From the human T2T-CHM13v2.0 reference genome, Homo sapiens: a stretch of 64,000 bases of DNA. This document shows, piece after piece, positions 26,737-43,119 of the stretch. The notes beneath the pieces are model-generated. The model had not been told where the DNA came from and did not search any database. It saw only the letters and a list, made by a program, of their open reading frames with translations. The stretch lies in NCBI RefSeq assembly GCF_009914755.1, contig NC_060928.1. One strand, 5' to 3'. The translations under genes were made by a program, and so were the position numbers. Every line of letters begins with the position of its first letter. Positions within the stretch are counted from its first letter, which is position 1.

Positions 26737-26963
26737 GGCTGGATTTCCTGGCGCCATGGCTCACACTTGTAATCTGAGAACTTTGCGAGACCCAGGTGGG
26801 AGGATCGCCTGAGTCCAGAATTTAGAGACCAGCCTGGGGAAAAAAAAAAAAAATGCCTGTAGTCCTAGCTACTCAGGGAGGCTGAAGCAGGAGGATCACT
26901 TGAATCTAGGAGTTCAAGGCTGCAGTAAGCCATGCTTATGCCACTGCACTTCAGCCTGGGTGA
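26737..26963 (+). mobile_element. AluJ, internally deleted around the linker and without a tail
   Basis: The left arm ends accagcctgggg followed directly by an A run, then tgcctgtagtcctagctactc and aggagttcaaggctgcagtaagccatg. Confidence 0.85.
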
Positions 26964-27080
26964 AGCTAAACATATTAAAAATATTAGAAATGTTACTCTT
27001 ACATAGATGTTTCTACCATTGACAATAACTGTTTGACTAATATCAAGTCAACAAAAATAGTGTAAGAAATAAAAGTTATT

Positions 27081-27407
<327 letters not shown>

Positions 27408-27633
27408 TTATTTGTAGTTTTAAAATGATTTTAAATTCTAACACATGCCTATGTTTGTCTTTTGCCATCAGGTCACATTTAAATATGAAATATATAAAGC
27501 ACTCTGTGCTGAATCCAACCTATTGTGTGTCAGAAAATTATGTGCATTTTTTTCCTAGATGGTAGTAATTAAGTAGTAAGCACTGACACTGATGGAGTAA
27601 AGTTTCCAGCATCATGCCTATCTTTTTGTTCTA

Positions 27634-27672
<39 letters not shown>

Positions 27673-27965
27673 TTTGTGACAGGTTCTCCTTCTGTCACCC
27701 TGACTGGAGTGCAGTGGCACAATCACAACTTATGGTTATTGTAGCCTCAACCTCCCGCGCTCAATCGACCTTCCCACTTCAGCCTCCCAAGTAGCTAGGA
27801 CTACAGGCACATGCCACCATGCCTGGCTCTATATTTGTACTTTTTGTAGAGACAAGATCTCACTATGTTGCCCAGGCTGGTCTTAAAACTCCTGTGCTCA
27901 AGGGACCCTCCGGCCTCATCCTTTCCAAGTGTTGGGATAACAGGCATAAGTTGCCACGCCCAACC
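27634..27965 (-). mobile_element. AluJ with (AAT)n tail
   Basis: (att)n followed by gacaggttctccttctgtcacc...gtagagacaagatctcactatgttgcccaggctggtc. Confidence 0.9.
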
Positions 27966-28504
27966 ATACCTACCATATTAATAAATGATAGATATCCAAT
28001 GAAGAAAAAAACTGAATCGTTAATTGATTCATGTTTTAAATGAAGCTGGAATCTGTAAAATGGTTGGTAAATACAATGTATACTAGTGCTCAAAAACATT
28101 GTCATGAATTTTCGCCTAATTCTTAAGTGATAATTTTAATATGTAGTAAATATAAAGTTGTATACGTAACCCAAAGCAAATTACAGAAGTATTCAATTTT
28201 GTAAATAAAACCATGATTGTATTACGTAATTGTATGTATGTAAATAAAGGGCTACCACTAATTTTAGTGGTCAAATGACACCCTTGTTGAAGGGATTTTG
28301 CTGTATTTGGAGTCAAGTAAAAATAAATAAGAAATTATGTTTTTTTAAAAGTCTTTATTATCATAACTATTATTTGGTTTCAACATATTCCAGGAAAAAT
28401 AGACAACCTAGAGTGCATAATGACGGCCATTATTAATGAAAAAAAAAAAAACAGTAGTAATCTGCAGGTAAAAGGAAAATAGAGGGAGGTAAAGATGCTT
28501 ATTA

Positions 28505-30990
<2,486 letters not shown>

Positions 30991-30991
30991 A

Positions 30992-31472
30992 ATGTACACG
31001 TATGTTTGTTGAGGCACTATTCATAATAGCAAACACTTGGAACCAACCCAAATGTCCATCAATGATAGACTGGATTAAGAAAACGTAGCACATATACATC
31101 ATGGAATACTATGCAGCCATAAAAAAGGATGAGTTCATGTCCTTCGCAGGGACATGGATGAAGCTGGAAACCATCATTCTCAGCAAACTATCACAAAAAC
31201 AGAAAACCAAGCACTGCATGTTCTCACTTATAGGTGGGAATTGAACAATGAGAACACCTGGACACAGGGCAGGGAACATCACAAGCTGGGGCCTGTCGGA
31301 GGGTGGGGGGCTGGCGGAAGGAAAGCATTAGGAGAAATACCTAATGTAAATGACGATTTGATGGGTGCAGCAAACCAACATGGCACATGTATACCTATGT
31401 AACAAACCTGCACATTGTGCACATGTACCCTAGAACTTAAAATATAATAATAATAATAATAATAATAATAAA
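30992..31472 (+). mobile_element. L1PA (about L1PA6) 3' end with (TAA)n tail, sitting at the L1PB tail
   Basis: gcattaggagaaatacctaatgtaaatgacg...gggtgcagcaaaccaacatggcacatgtatacctatgtaacaaacctgcac...ccctagaacttaa. Confidence 0.9.
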
Positions 31473-32029
31473 AGAACTTTAAGAATCCCATGAACTCTTC
31501 TTTGTGCTTTTCCTTTTCTTGTTTTTTTTTTTTTTTTTTTTTTTTTTTCCCATTACTCTTTTTCCTGAAGAAACCATTTTCTTGGTGGAGCAGAGCAAGC
31601 AGGAATCAAAAGTGGAAGCAGGTGGAAGCTTTGGCCACCCAAGAACTTGTTCATAGTGAATTCTGCATATTTGTTAAATACAACAAACAAATAAATACAA
31701 ATGTATTAGTTCATAGATCCTTGAATATTACTTATTACAATTTCATATTTAGCTTAAAGGTGTCTGAGGCATATTCACTTTGAAATATTGATTTAGGCAA
31801 CCAGGTTTAGTCCCAATAATTCTGGAGAAAACTTTAAACTGGAATAACTCACTTGTGATTATCGGCACATAGTTCAGTTAATCCGCAGTTACTAAGGGAA
31901 AAGTACAGTGCAAGTATCTGAGAGCTAGAATTGAGCCCCGAGAAGCAATGATGATGACGATATTGAAGGATAAATCGTGTTCTGTACAATATTTCAAGAT
32001 GAGTATTAGCTAAGGTCAGTCTTGATGTG

Positions 32030-33640
32030 CAATTCCACTGTAGTTTATTCCCAGGAAATTATTTTCAGAAAAATTCAGAAGCTTGGGAAGTGATAAAGGC
32101 AAAGAAGTTTGTGAATTCATTAAAGAGGACATTTAAACATTGAAAATTAGAAACAAACTCTTTCTGGGATGATAAAATGACGCTGGAGACATCTAGCAGT
32201 GCTTGGAAGAGATAAAATGATGGCAGTTATCAAATTTTAAAAATAAAAGAAAGTAGTTTTTTATTTTTGTAAAATTACTGAAAAATTTATAATAGCTGGA
32301 TGACATATTCTAGCAGTGCAGATCCTCCCTAACAAATAATGGAGTTAGCAGAGTGAATCTCAGCAGTGTTGAAAGGAAGACAATTGTAGGGACTGCAGTG
32401 AATGAGTCATCTCAATAAGCCATGACATTAAAGAATTCTGAATAGAAGACCACCCACCATCACCTCCACTTATTGTAAGCCTGTTGGCAAACATGAAAAT
32501 TAAGAAATCAGCTATCAAGTGAAAATGATAAAAAATTTGCCAGAGTCATATAACAGAAAGTGAATTAAAGTTTCTTGGTGTTAATTATACCTATTAATAC
32601 AACTCTGTTATAAAAGGCTCTATTTCTTAATTTAGATATCTCAAGAGTGCAAGGAAAAGGAGCTATGTAGATGAAACTAATTACCTGGTAAAAATTATTT
32701 TTAAAAATTTTACTGAAAATGGTGCTTCATTAATATGAATCAATAATGCAATTTGACTGCTGAAAAGGCTAATGCATACTCAAGCTTCATTAATTAAACC
32801 AGAGCACCAAATCACAGGAAATAGTAGTTTGATTGTACTTGAGTTTATTAAAAGTTAGTTTGAAATATATGTATCTCAAGGATTTGCACTTTGAGCAAAT
32901 AAAAGCCATGCTAGACTATACAAGAAAAGAGGAGATTTGAAATCATACAATAAGCAAAGCATTTTCTCCTAGTGATTTTTCTGTTGAGATACTTTGCCTA
33001 GCATTGCCTGAAATGCTTTTTCCTGAGATCTTCTCACGATGGCCCTTTCTAATCATTCAGGTTTCAGCTGTAATCTCACCTCCTGTAGATGAATGCTTTG
33101 GTTATTCTCTGTACCTAACGCTTTTCTCTTTCAAGGCAACACCTTCCCATCATCTTGTTTATTTATTTTCACAGTAATAAACATCATTTTATGTTTATAT
33201 ATCTGCATATACGTCATCCAGAGAGTATGCTTCATGGGAGCAGAAATGTCTCTGTACTGATTATTTCTGTATTTCTAGCCAAGCTATACCTGACACATAG
33301 AAAAACATTGATGTACATGAATTAAGTATGTTTTAATATATTGGGAATATTTGAACTAGAGAAGTTTAAAGTAAAATGCAATAGTTTTACTGAGACAGTA
33401 TGTATTGTTTTAAAATACAGAGTGATGAATAGTAGTTTGAATTTGAAAGAGGGCATATTTCACTTCAGTGCAAGAAACAGCTTCCATACAACTGAAATAT
33501 TCAATGAATGAAGTTGCCTTATTCAGAAAGACGTGTGCAAAAAAAAAATGTAGAAACTACATGTTCACCTGTTAATTAAACTGTACAGGTTTAAAATGGT
33601 TAGATGGCCTGTAAGAGCCCTCCAAACTCTTGGACCTTAT
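32030..33640 (+). mobile_element. L3/CR1 LINE remnant, interrupted by L2
   Basis: aaaggctaatgcatactcaagcttcattaat, gaaagagggcatatttcacttcagtgcaagaaacagcttc and the terminal ttagatggcctgtaagagccctccaaactct resemble CR1/L3 ORF2 and 3' end. Highly diverged. Confidence 0.55.
32985..33325 (+). mobile_element. L2 3' end
   Basis: gcctgaaatgctttttcctgagatctt...tcattcaggtttcagctgtaatctcacctcct...cttcatgggagcagaaat...cctgacacatag. Confidence 0.75.
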
Positions 33641-34139
33641 CGTGATATAATCTACAATTTATTATACATTTTATTTCAAGAAGAAATTATTAAAATGTTA
33701 CTCAGTAGCATATGTCTCCCCCTATGATTCCTACTAACTTTATATCTGCATTTTTTAGAGCAGGTTGTTCCAAAATATTTTGAGGAAAAAAACTAGTATT
33801 TTTTATGTAATGAGGTATATAAACATTACACTCAACCCGACCAATCTAGATCCAATTCTAGAACCCATTGCATTATTAACAAAAATTATTAACCAAAATT
33901 CTGTGGCAGATACGGCTGTTCTCCCTGATACTATACTTAGTTTTTTACTTTTAAAATTTAGAACTATAGATAGCTGTGTTATTTAGAAATTAAGCTAATT
34001 TTTTATCCATTTATATTTCTTGTTGCTATTGCCTTAGGAATATATACAAATGTTACATCTCCTCTACTAAATGTAAACAATTATGAGGTATTTTGTCTAT
34101 TTTCAAATATTTTATTTGGATTTCCAAATGTACTTTTAT

Positions 34140-34642
34140 TAATCAGGATTATTTCTGTTGTAATAACAGAAAATTATCTACAATTACTTTAAGCATTGAG
34201 AAAAGAGAACTTACTGCCTCATGTACCTAAAAATCTCTGAGAAGGACCTAGCTTTATCATAGCTGAATTCAGGGGCTCACTCCTTTTCTCCCCATTGCCC
34301 AATTTGGTGTTCTTTTTTGTTGGCTTCAATCTAATGCAGGCTCTTTCCCTGGAAATTACAAAATTATGTTCCACCAGTGTAACCATTCCACTAAAAGTGA
34401 ATTCACTAAATTTAACAGTTCTAGCAATTCCTGATCATAGTCTTTCATAGGCCCACATTGGGTTGAATGCATTTTTCTGGGAAGATTCAAACCTGAGGCC
34501 CTCGCTGATCATCTCCAAACTAATACCATGGACTGACAATTCGGGATGGGGGAAAATTGCTCTCAAAAAGAAAAAAAAAACACTCTATTACTAGAAGAAG
34601 GGTAGATTCTTTATGGTAAGTAAACAATAGTCATTTATTACA
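34140..34642 (-). mobile_element. Old MLT1 (L/M/N-type) MaLR LTR
   Basis: atcaggattatttctgttgtaataacagaaa...gcctcatgtacctaaaaatc...agctgaattcaggggctca...gttggcttcaatct...tattactagaagaaggg. Confidence 0.6.
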
Positions 34643-35879
34643 GGTCCTCTTCTTCCTGCTTTTGGGAAATTTGTGAATAATTCCGAGGTTACCTTACTCA
34701 AGGATTCACAACCATGGTTTTGAAATCCTGTTCTTCATCCTTCTCATTTTAATTCTTCATTTTAAATTAGTTCCTCATTTTACTATTTCCTGATATAATC
34801 TCCCTTTCCTTATGCATTGGCTCTATTTTATTGCCCATTTGTGGTTTCATCATGTGTTTCTTGATGCACGGTAAACGTAACCACACAGCCATATAAAATT
34901 GGAGGACCATTTTCTGTTGGCTTTCTATTACCTTTCTGAGAAACCAATGTTTCATTGACTGTTAAAGGCTGAATTTTAAGCTCATTATCTTAGAGTAAAA
35001 TTTAAAATAGTCCTTAGATGTTTTTTCTTATATTGTTATCTAGAAATCAGCACTCAGTTCATTTGATTAGTTCATTGTACAAATACTTTATATTAGAGTT
35101 GTTCCCATGTAAGATATTTTGTATATACAGAAAACAGCTTGTCTTGAGAAGACAGAGAGAAATGGATTTAATCTAGATATATCAAGAGAGACATAATAGC
35201 TAATTACTGAGATATCATATTAAAATTATTAGGTTATAGGGGCAACTCTTAAACCTCTGAGGAATATTGTAGATCTTTATTGTAGACACCATTAAAGTGG
35301 AATACAATATACTCCATAGAAAATATATTTTTAGGCATTGCTTTCTCTCACCACTCTTTTTCAGCAAACTCTGAATTAGGGACAAACAATCACAAACCCA
35401 AAACTCTGCTCTTCTCTATCCTCACAGCCTCTGCCCACACAGTCTGTTTTCTCTCTATCTGCACCTTCATTGCCCTGGATCTTCACACACCTCTCAGGAC
35501 TTGGTAGAATCTGTTCTCTGTTTCCAACTGGTACTCTTGAGAAGAACAAACTTTTTGGTTACAATAGTTTAAAAAACAATAAACAAAAAAACTTCACCTG
35601 GTTTTATCACTAGATTTCATAATATTTTAGAATACTTTCAAACTTGGGAGTTTCTTGGTATGTGTTCTTCAGAAAAATGTATTAAGATGTCAAGTGAAAT
35701 GACAGGTAGTAACTACAACTAAGAAATTACATTTAGAAAATCTGCCATCTTACCTCTATGAGGTATATTCTGTTTCCAAACAGACAGTGTAAAATCACAG
35801 TTGAGATTCCGGAGTTAGAGTGTAGGAATGCAAAAGAGTTATTCATGTGTTATGCACTTCAATTGCCTTACCGGTAACA

Positions 35880-35975
35880 TCAGAATGATATTAATTAATG
35901 TACCTCATAGGATTGTCAAGAGTAAATGGTGTAATGCATGACACATATTAAAAACAATAGTTCTAGTTTTAAGTA
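35880..35975 (+). mobile_element. MIR fragment
   Basis: gtacctcataggattgtcaagagtaaatggtgtaatgcatg is the MIR core. Confidence 0.6.
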
Positions 35976-36555
35976 TTTCTTATCTGAAATCAACACCCAA
36001 CTGATTATTGTTCCATCTCGTGAACATTCCTGGCAAAACATTTTAAGAGATGTTATTAAATATTTCCTCTTTATGTTTCCTCTGAAATGACTTTTATTTT
36101 TTGACATTAAAAATGTTGATTTTTCTAAAATGGGTTGGTTTCCTCAACAATACTTTATTATTGGTTTTGCACCCCAATTTGGATTAATGCTCAGTATTCT
36201 ATGATTTTCTTGATTTGACGTAGAGCCTTTCTCATGTTTAAGGATTATAATTTTAATCTTTCCAACCTCTGCCACATCAGCTATTCATGAAGGCAAGATT
36301 GGGCAACAGTTAGTGACATCCTTAAGATCCTCCAGTACGGAAAATGAGTGCTGACACATTCCGTGGGGGCTATATGATTTGGTTTATTCAACTTGCTTTT
36401 GTGCTTCCAAAGCACGTGTTATTTATTTCTATGTCATTAACTATTGTATTTTATTTTAATTATTTATATGACTTATTCTTGTTTTGACTCTGTTTGTCTT
36501 GAGGATTTTTTCCATTCATTTATTTCATTATCATTGCTCTCTAATTTCTGTCAAA

Positions 36556-36570
36556 ACACACACACACATG

Positions 36571-36601
<31 letters not shown>

Positions 36602-36605
36602 ACAC
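36556..36605. repeat. (CA)n microsatellite, interrupted
   Basis: Read directly from the sequence. Confidence 0.97.
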
Positions 36606-37928
36606 CAGATCCAAAACATATTAAAGAGTTGATACTTATTTAGAGAATGGGTCTGTATAATATTAAGTACAATTTGATAAAGAATCGTGAGCTTGACAAT
36701 AAAAACTCTCAACACATTGCTTACGGAAGGTAAAATAAAGCATTCTGTTGCCATTTTTGCCCTCTCAAATCTTTGCCTTAATCTCAAAATTATCAAGAAT
36801 ATATCGAGTTGTCCTCATATTGGTGAGATAACAACAAACAAAAGCAAACATTTGTTGGATGACTATCAGAATAGCATCGGGCTAGGTACTTAACTGGAGA
36901 GAAGTGAATTTGGACAAGGTTGAGTTATTGGGAATTACAATTTTGCTTTGAGTCAAATAAAAGGAAGCGGTGAATGAAGGTAGCCAGAGAGTTTACTGAG
37001 TATACTTAGGTAATAAAAAGGGCTTGCCACAAAATTCCAATCACATTGTTTTATTTGCATTCTTGAGTTTCCATTTAGATACGATTGTTCAAAGTGCAGA
37101 CCTATGTATCTTAAGCATGAGAGAGTAGCCCAGAGGGAAGGAATCAAGGGAGTAACAGTGTGAATAAAACATTTGTGAAAGCTTACAAATTCCTTATAAT
37201 ATGCTTCTTGAATAATTTTGTGCTTTATATATTTTAGTTTTTATATAATTTTTCATAATTAATGAGATTCCTAGACTTCTATTATTTGCATTTGCTACTT
37301 ATTTAGGTTTTCCTTTAGTTGAGCACTGGGCAGCTAGTTCCTATAGGGTCCTGGTGAGCCAAAATCTAGACAACATAAAAACTCTTTTTTCCTTTATTAT
37401 TATTGACTAATTTAAGTTATATTAATATAATATAAACCTATTTCCACATTTTAAAGTAGATATTTGTGAAAGTGTTTCTGGGTTTAAAAATTTTGTAATT
37501 GCCAGCATGAAACTATAGGTCCCTCAAATCGTAATATGGAACCCTGTCAAAGACTAATCAACATAGATACACTGTAAGTAAGAACTCTCAGAAATGGTGC
37601 TTGAGTGAAAAGCATTAAAATGCCATTTTTAAATTTTATGCTGGCATTTTTAACAGGAAAACAATTTTTATGAATGCCCTCTTATGTACCAGTATGGAAG
37701 AAGTGTCATAAATGTAACAGAGCTATTGAAATAAGAACTATTTCTAACTCAGGTGAGAACCTGTCCTTTTCTCTTCCCAGGAAATGACAACTACTACCAT
37801 ATTTGAAAATTAGATAGGGGAATACCCAAGTAGGATTTATTAAGAAGGTGGTGTATCTTCCAGCTTATAAAGTAAGTTGGAACAACTATGTAATATGGTT
37901 GAGGTAGGAGTGAGAATTTTTCCTCACT

Positions 37929-37931
<3 letters not shown>

Positions 37932-37969
<38 letters not shown>
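37932..37969. repeat. (AC)19 perfect microsatellite
   Basis: Read directly from the sequence. Confidence 0.97.
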
Positions 37970-37971
<2 letters not shown>

Positions 37972-37979
37972 TAGGAATA

Positions 37980-38820
37980 CATTTACTTGCAGTTCTCTAG
38001 AGGGATGGAAGATAGAAATTGGTGCCAGATATGCATTTGGAAAAAGAGGGTGGCTGATTACCTTTTCTAATTACAAAATTGAAAGGAGTAACCTGAATTT
38101 CAGAGCTTATCAGAACGAAGGATGTTCTCACAGTAGATGACAGTCATCTGAATCAGAGCATCATTGAAGGGATTTTGCCTAAAAGGGACAGGAGTGTGGT
38201 TAAGAAGGGAATTCTAACAGAGAAAGGCTCAATAAATTGAACATAACAAAATCAGGGAATGATGGGGAACTTATATATGACCAACCAAGGGAAAATGCAT
38301 CCCTTATTTCATTAAAAGTATCTCAGAAGAGCATGCTTCAAGACAGAGTTTGCTTTAAAGACCAGCAAAGCACAGAGAAATTCAATGCCAAATAATATCA
38401 GTCACTCTCAAAAATAAAATTCCTACCTTTTACCTCTTTTCTCATTAATCCCCCACTTCCTTTAATCCTGGAACAGCTTAAGGCAGCCTAGTGAGAGATG
38501 GAGAAGAATACAGATATAGGCAAAAAATAGAAAATATATCATGCATTCAGCCATATCCTTCTGCAAACTTCCCATCTGGAAAGCTTGATCGTTAAAAAGG
38601 ACAAGATTTATTTCAAACAAAGTTCTTGAAAGAGATGCTTCTCATTTGAATGAAAACAGAAGAGCAAGCAATAGAGTTAAAGAACGTGTCAAAAATTCCA
38701 TCTAAGGCAGGAAAGTTCCATTCTTACAGAGTAGGTTAAAATGAGTAGGAGGAAGAAGGAAATGGATTTGTTTTCTGACTGCACTCTAAAAACCCAATTT
38801 GTTCAATAAAATATATCTAT
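37980..38820. mobile_element. Possible ancient LTR (LTR78-like)
   Basis: The terminal ttgttttctgactgcactctaaaaacccaatttgttcaataaa and internal segments resemble my recollection of LTR78. Weak support. Confidence 0.3.
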
Positions 38821-41069
38821 AAAAATTAAAATTGCAAAGCTTTAACAAACATTTATTTTTCTGAGAAAGGAAAATCTAAAAGATCAAACATCTAACATTA
38901 AATTTCTTAATTATTTTTTAGAAAAACAGTTGATTCTACATAAATAAATTTTCTTAATTTGAGGCATCTTCCCAGAAAGAATATTAGGAATATACACAAT
39001 TAAGTGAAATGTCAGCAAGCCTTAAAATTGTGAAAACTGGAATGTAAATGAAATTATCAGCAATTAATTTTTTGTCATTATCTAACAATCCCCAATACTG
39101 GCTATATTATTTTTCTGTTAACACTTAAAAATAAATGTTTGTAGAAAAGTGATTAATGATTGAATAGATGGATAGGTGAATGGCTAGATAAATGCATAGG
39201 TAAGTAAAAAAAAATGTATCTGAAGTTTGAGAAAGGTACCTGAATAAACTTCTTGGCAGTGGCTACTTTATTTTTATTAACATAAAAAATAATGCGACTC
39301 AAGAATTTTATGATCTGAGCTGATGGAAACAGTATGGATGAAAATAGCTAAATTTGAATAGATTTATGAACACTATATTTGAATCTGTTCAGAGTATTTA
39401 ATGCAGCTAATTTATCACTATGAACACTTTTTCTTCTTTGCTGAGATTAATATGAATTTGTGCTGCTGTGAAAGCAGAGGGGAAAAAATCCTTCCTTTAT
39501 TCAACCTCTCATACTGGCTGAGCAGAGAAATAGGAGCTACAGGAGGGATTCCTTGCAGAATTCAGAGTAGGAGCTCTCGAGAGAGAATACCGGGTGTTCT
39601 TGTGGAGAATGACAGATCATTATTTACGTTCATCACTGACTCCATGGCTTACTCCTGGACAAGTGGCAGGAAGTATACACAAAGGAATGAATGTGTGAAA
39701 CTTAGTTTTAAAAGGTTACCATAAAGGAAATAAATGAAAAACATGAAAGCAGAGGTGCCTCTTCCATATTCAGCCCTTCACTTGAACTCACTATTTTTTT
39801 TAAAAAGCGAAATGATCAGAAAAATGTCATATCTAGGTATAAAAATGGAGGAACACAATTTTCTTACATAACAATTTAATGGGAGTTTTGAAAAATATGA
39901 ATATTGTTGTTTTGAATTAAGTGAGAATATCGGTATCAAATAAAAAGCACTGTAATAACATGCTATGTTAACTTATTTTAACTATCATTAATAGAAATAA
40001 TTTCATCACAAACATTAAGTATATCCAACTAACATTCATTTTTTCAACCTTCTGTAAAGTGTTTTAAGATGGGTTGGCTAATTTTAAAGATATTTTATTT
40101 TGAAAATTTGCTAAATATGTTGTTCCGAGGTACCTTTTAACATTAGTAACTCTTGACTTCACACTGGCTACCAGTCTACTGTCTACCTGACTACATTTTG
40201 GCTTATGTACTTTTTAGTTACAGGAATCTCAAGGGCTGGAATTTGTTTTTAAATTTCATGCTTTTCTATTTGAAGTAAAAATATAAATAAAGAAAGCAGA
40301 GCAAAGATTAATTAACCAAACACTGTGTTTGATGAAAACTGTCAGATGGCAAGGAAAATGGACGTAAGAGCAAATAAATGTATGCATACCTGCAGGCTCC
40401 AGGAGACACATCAGTATTTTCACACAATGGATAGTGTATTGAATACACAGTAGGAGTCCTAGTACTCACTAAGGCTTGCCTATTATTAGGTGAAGATGGT
40501 AGGTGTATGACAGGTTCAGCCTGATCACAAGAATGAAATTTAAATATAAAGGCACATTTAAATTCTTCTGAGAGATGCAGTGTGGCAGTTGGAGAGCAGA
40601 GCAGGAGCAACACGAGTGAGGAAGTAAGTGACTCTTGGCAATTAATCACACATGTCAAAGAACAGTCAGGAGGATCTGTTGCATTTGACAAAATAAGGGA
40701 CTCCTTATACTCCTGAAGAAGAGGTCCTCCAGGTCCTCTTGTCCTGGTAACTATGTTTGTTTTAATCAGAGTGGCACTAGGATGAGACACTAAGTGGAAA
40801 AATAGAAATTCAATAAATATAAAGTAATTCATGACATTGTATAATCATATTGTTGATTTTACTATACCTTTAATATTCAGTAAAAATAGCAATAAGCAAT
40901 CTTAATTTATATATATATATAATTACAAAGAGTGTATTTTCTTTTGTTTGCTTTGGCATTTTGGTTCATTTTTACACATGTGCTTTTACTGTATGATAGT
41001 TGGAGGCACGTGGAGCCTTCTGATACATCCCCATCTGTGCCTACTATTCTGTTGACTCTCATTCCTGCT

Positions 41070-42310
41070 CTCTCTTTTGTCCTCACATTGCTAAAACCCC
41101 TGAATCACCATTTACTACTCACTCTCTCTCTCATACCTTGCCTCTCATCTGTTCATAATTATACCAGAATTGCTTGTGAACTATCTTTCTATTCCTGCCC
41201 TTTTTCTGGTTCCCAGTTTCTGCTTTTTTACATCTCTTCCACAAAATTACAAGAATTATTTTCTAATGTAGACCTAGTCATACCATTTTTTCTTAAAGAA
41301 AATCCTTGAATGTAAGCACAAGAGAATCAGATTTGGGTATTTAAGAGATGTAAAAGCATTCTTTGATATGAATATATTATATAAAACCAAAGAGAATCTA
41401 TATTATTATCTAACTTGCAAGCTTGTCCAACCTTCCTTATATTTTGTTTTTGTTCTTTTTTTTAATTTTTATTTTAGGCTTTCAGCAGCCTGAAGTCACG
41501 GTTTTTCATTTCTGTCTCTAGTGATAAGTGGAAAACAGGGATAAGGAAGGGGCTTTACGGGTCTAACCAGAAACAAAAACTAAGAACCCATGACTGTATG
41601 GTTTCCAGTGGATACCCTGAATATGTTTTATTTTAAATAAAAATAATACCTTTTATGTATTTTGTGTATATAGGCTTAAAGGAAGTGCTTCAGCCTATTC
41701 ACTGTTTGTCTCCAATAAACATGCATTCTTTTGGTAATGAGATGCCCACTCCCATGCCCAATTCAAGACATGACACAATCTTGATGGCAATGTGTACAGC
41801 TTCTTTAAGACTTTCCAGGATCTTTTCCAGCCTTCTTTCCTAGCTCATAATGTTGCAAATTCTCTTTATCCTATGCCCTGCCTCCAGTCCGCTGTAGCCT
41901 TGTTAGATGCCAATCTTTTCCCAGAGAACTTTGTTCATTTTCAAGAATTTTTTCCTTTTTACATATTATTCCTTCTGCCTGAAATTTTCTTCTCTTTCTT
42001 GTCTGATTGATGAATTCCTATTTGTTCTTTAGGACAATTCAGGTTTTATGTGCGTGAAGATGTACCTAACCTCACTGAGGAAATGAATTGTTCTGTCTTG
42101 GATACGGTATTAGAACAACCTGAATATATACAACAGCTATCAATTATACACTAGGTGTTTTTTAGCTTTCTTGGCTCCCTGATAAATGATGAGCTTTCTT
42201 AGACTATGTCTTCCATGGATTGTATTTTATTTCATATTTTATTCACAATCTTTAGTGAGCTACTGTGAATTTGGTAAGTCTTCAACAAATGTTTACTCAA
42301 TGAATGCAAG
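41070..42310 (+). mobile_element. L2 fragments flanking MER107
   Basis: ttccacaaaattacaagaattattttctaatgtagacctagtcatacc, gaattcctatttgttctttaggacaattcagg, and the tail caacaaatgtttactcaatgaatg. Confidence 0.6.
41418..41619 (-). mobile_element. MER107 (hAT-Charlie MITE with MER30-type termini)
   Basis: Imperfect terminal inverted repeats caagcttgtccaa...tggataccctg and body ttaggctttcagcagcctgaag...gtctctagtgataag...ctaagaacccatgactgtat. No clean 8-bp TSD visible. Confidence 0.75.
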
Positions 42311-43119
42311 AAAGAATCTGAGACATAAGAGCTGGTCGCCTTAACTTCAGATTTTTAGAAAATTATTTCTTTTATATATTTGTATCATCTAAGATCCTAT
42401 TTGAATTTTCAATATCATTTTCTTGATATTTCAGTATAATTACTGCCCTTATTTCTTACTTCTTCCAATCATCCCCACATAAGATTATATTCAAATACAC
42501 ATCCCTGAATTCCTGAATAATATCTTTCAGAGATTGGAATTGTTTCCAAGTAGGAAGAATTCCCAAGGAGGGAGAAACTGTATGATGCAAATTTGGACCT
42601 TGAGCATTCAATCTTCTCCCCAGTCGTCCTCTAAGAACTTATGTCCTCAGAACTTTTATAATGGAAGATAAGCATGGCGGGGAGAGGGGAACAAAACAAT
42701 ACACAGACAATTGTGCCTAGCATTAGGAATAAATAAAAGCTTCACACATAAATGATTTTCAAGAGACATACATGTTATCTCATAGTTTTCTTAAACTTAA
42801 GTCCTGAGTTCTCAATAGAAAAATATTAAATCGTGGGCTGAGGAAGGAAGAGAATATGTGGATGGAAAGGTAGTTGGGGATACACTCAATTTGCTCATAG
42901 CGATTTTTATTCAGCACAGCATAGTTTATGCCAGACAATAAATACTCAATAGATTGTTGTTATTTGAAATACTGAATTCCACGAATAATAGTTGAACATC
43001 TATTATCATTGGTCAAGCCCTTTTCAAGGCCTAGGGAATTCCTAGTTTAGGGAAGAAATGCTGTATGTTGCTTATCTTATCTGTAAATACTTAAAGAAGA
43101 TACAGGCTCTGTCAGACTC

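Noticed and set aside
31490-31783. Possible exon after the polypyrimidine/T27 tract, and a 97-aa ORF
   Set aside because: Splice sites are weak, the N-terminus is poly-Phe from the T run, and there is no recognisable protein.
39401-39724. 107-aa ORF in relatively balanced-composition sequence
   Set aside because: No recognisable domain or convincing splice sites on either strand, and the length is compatible with chance.
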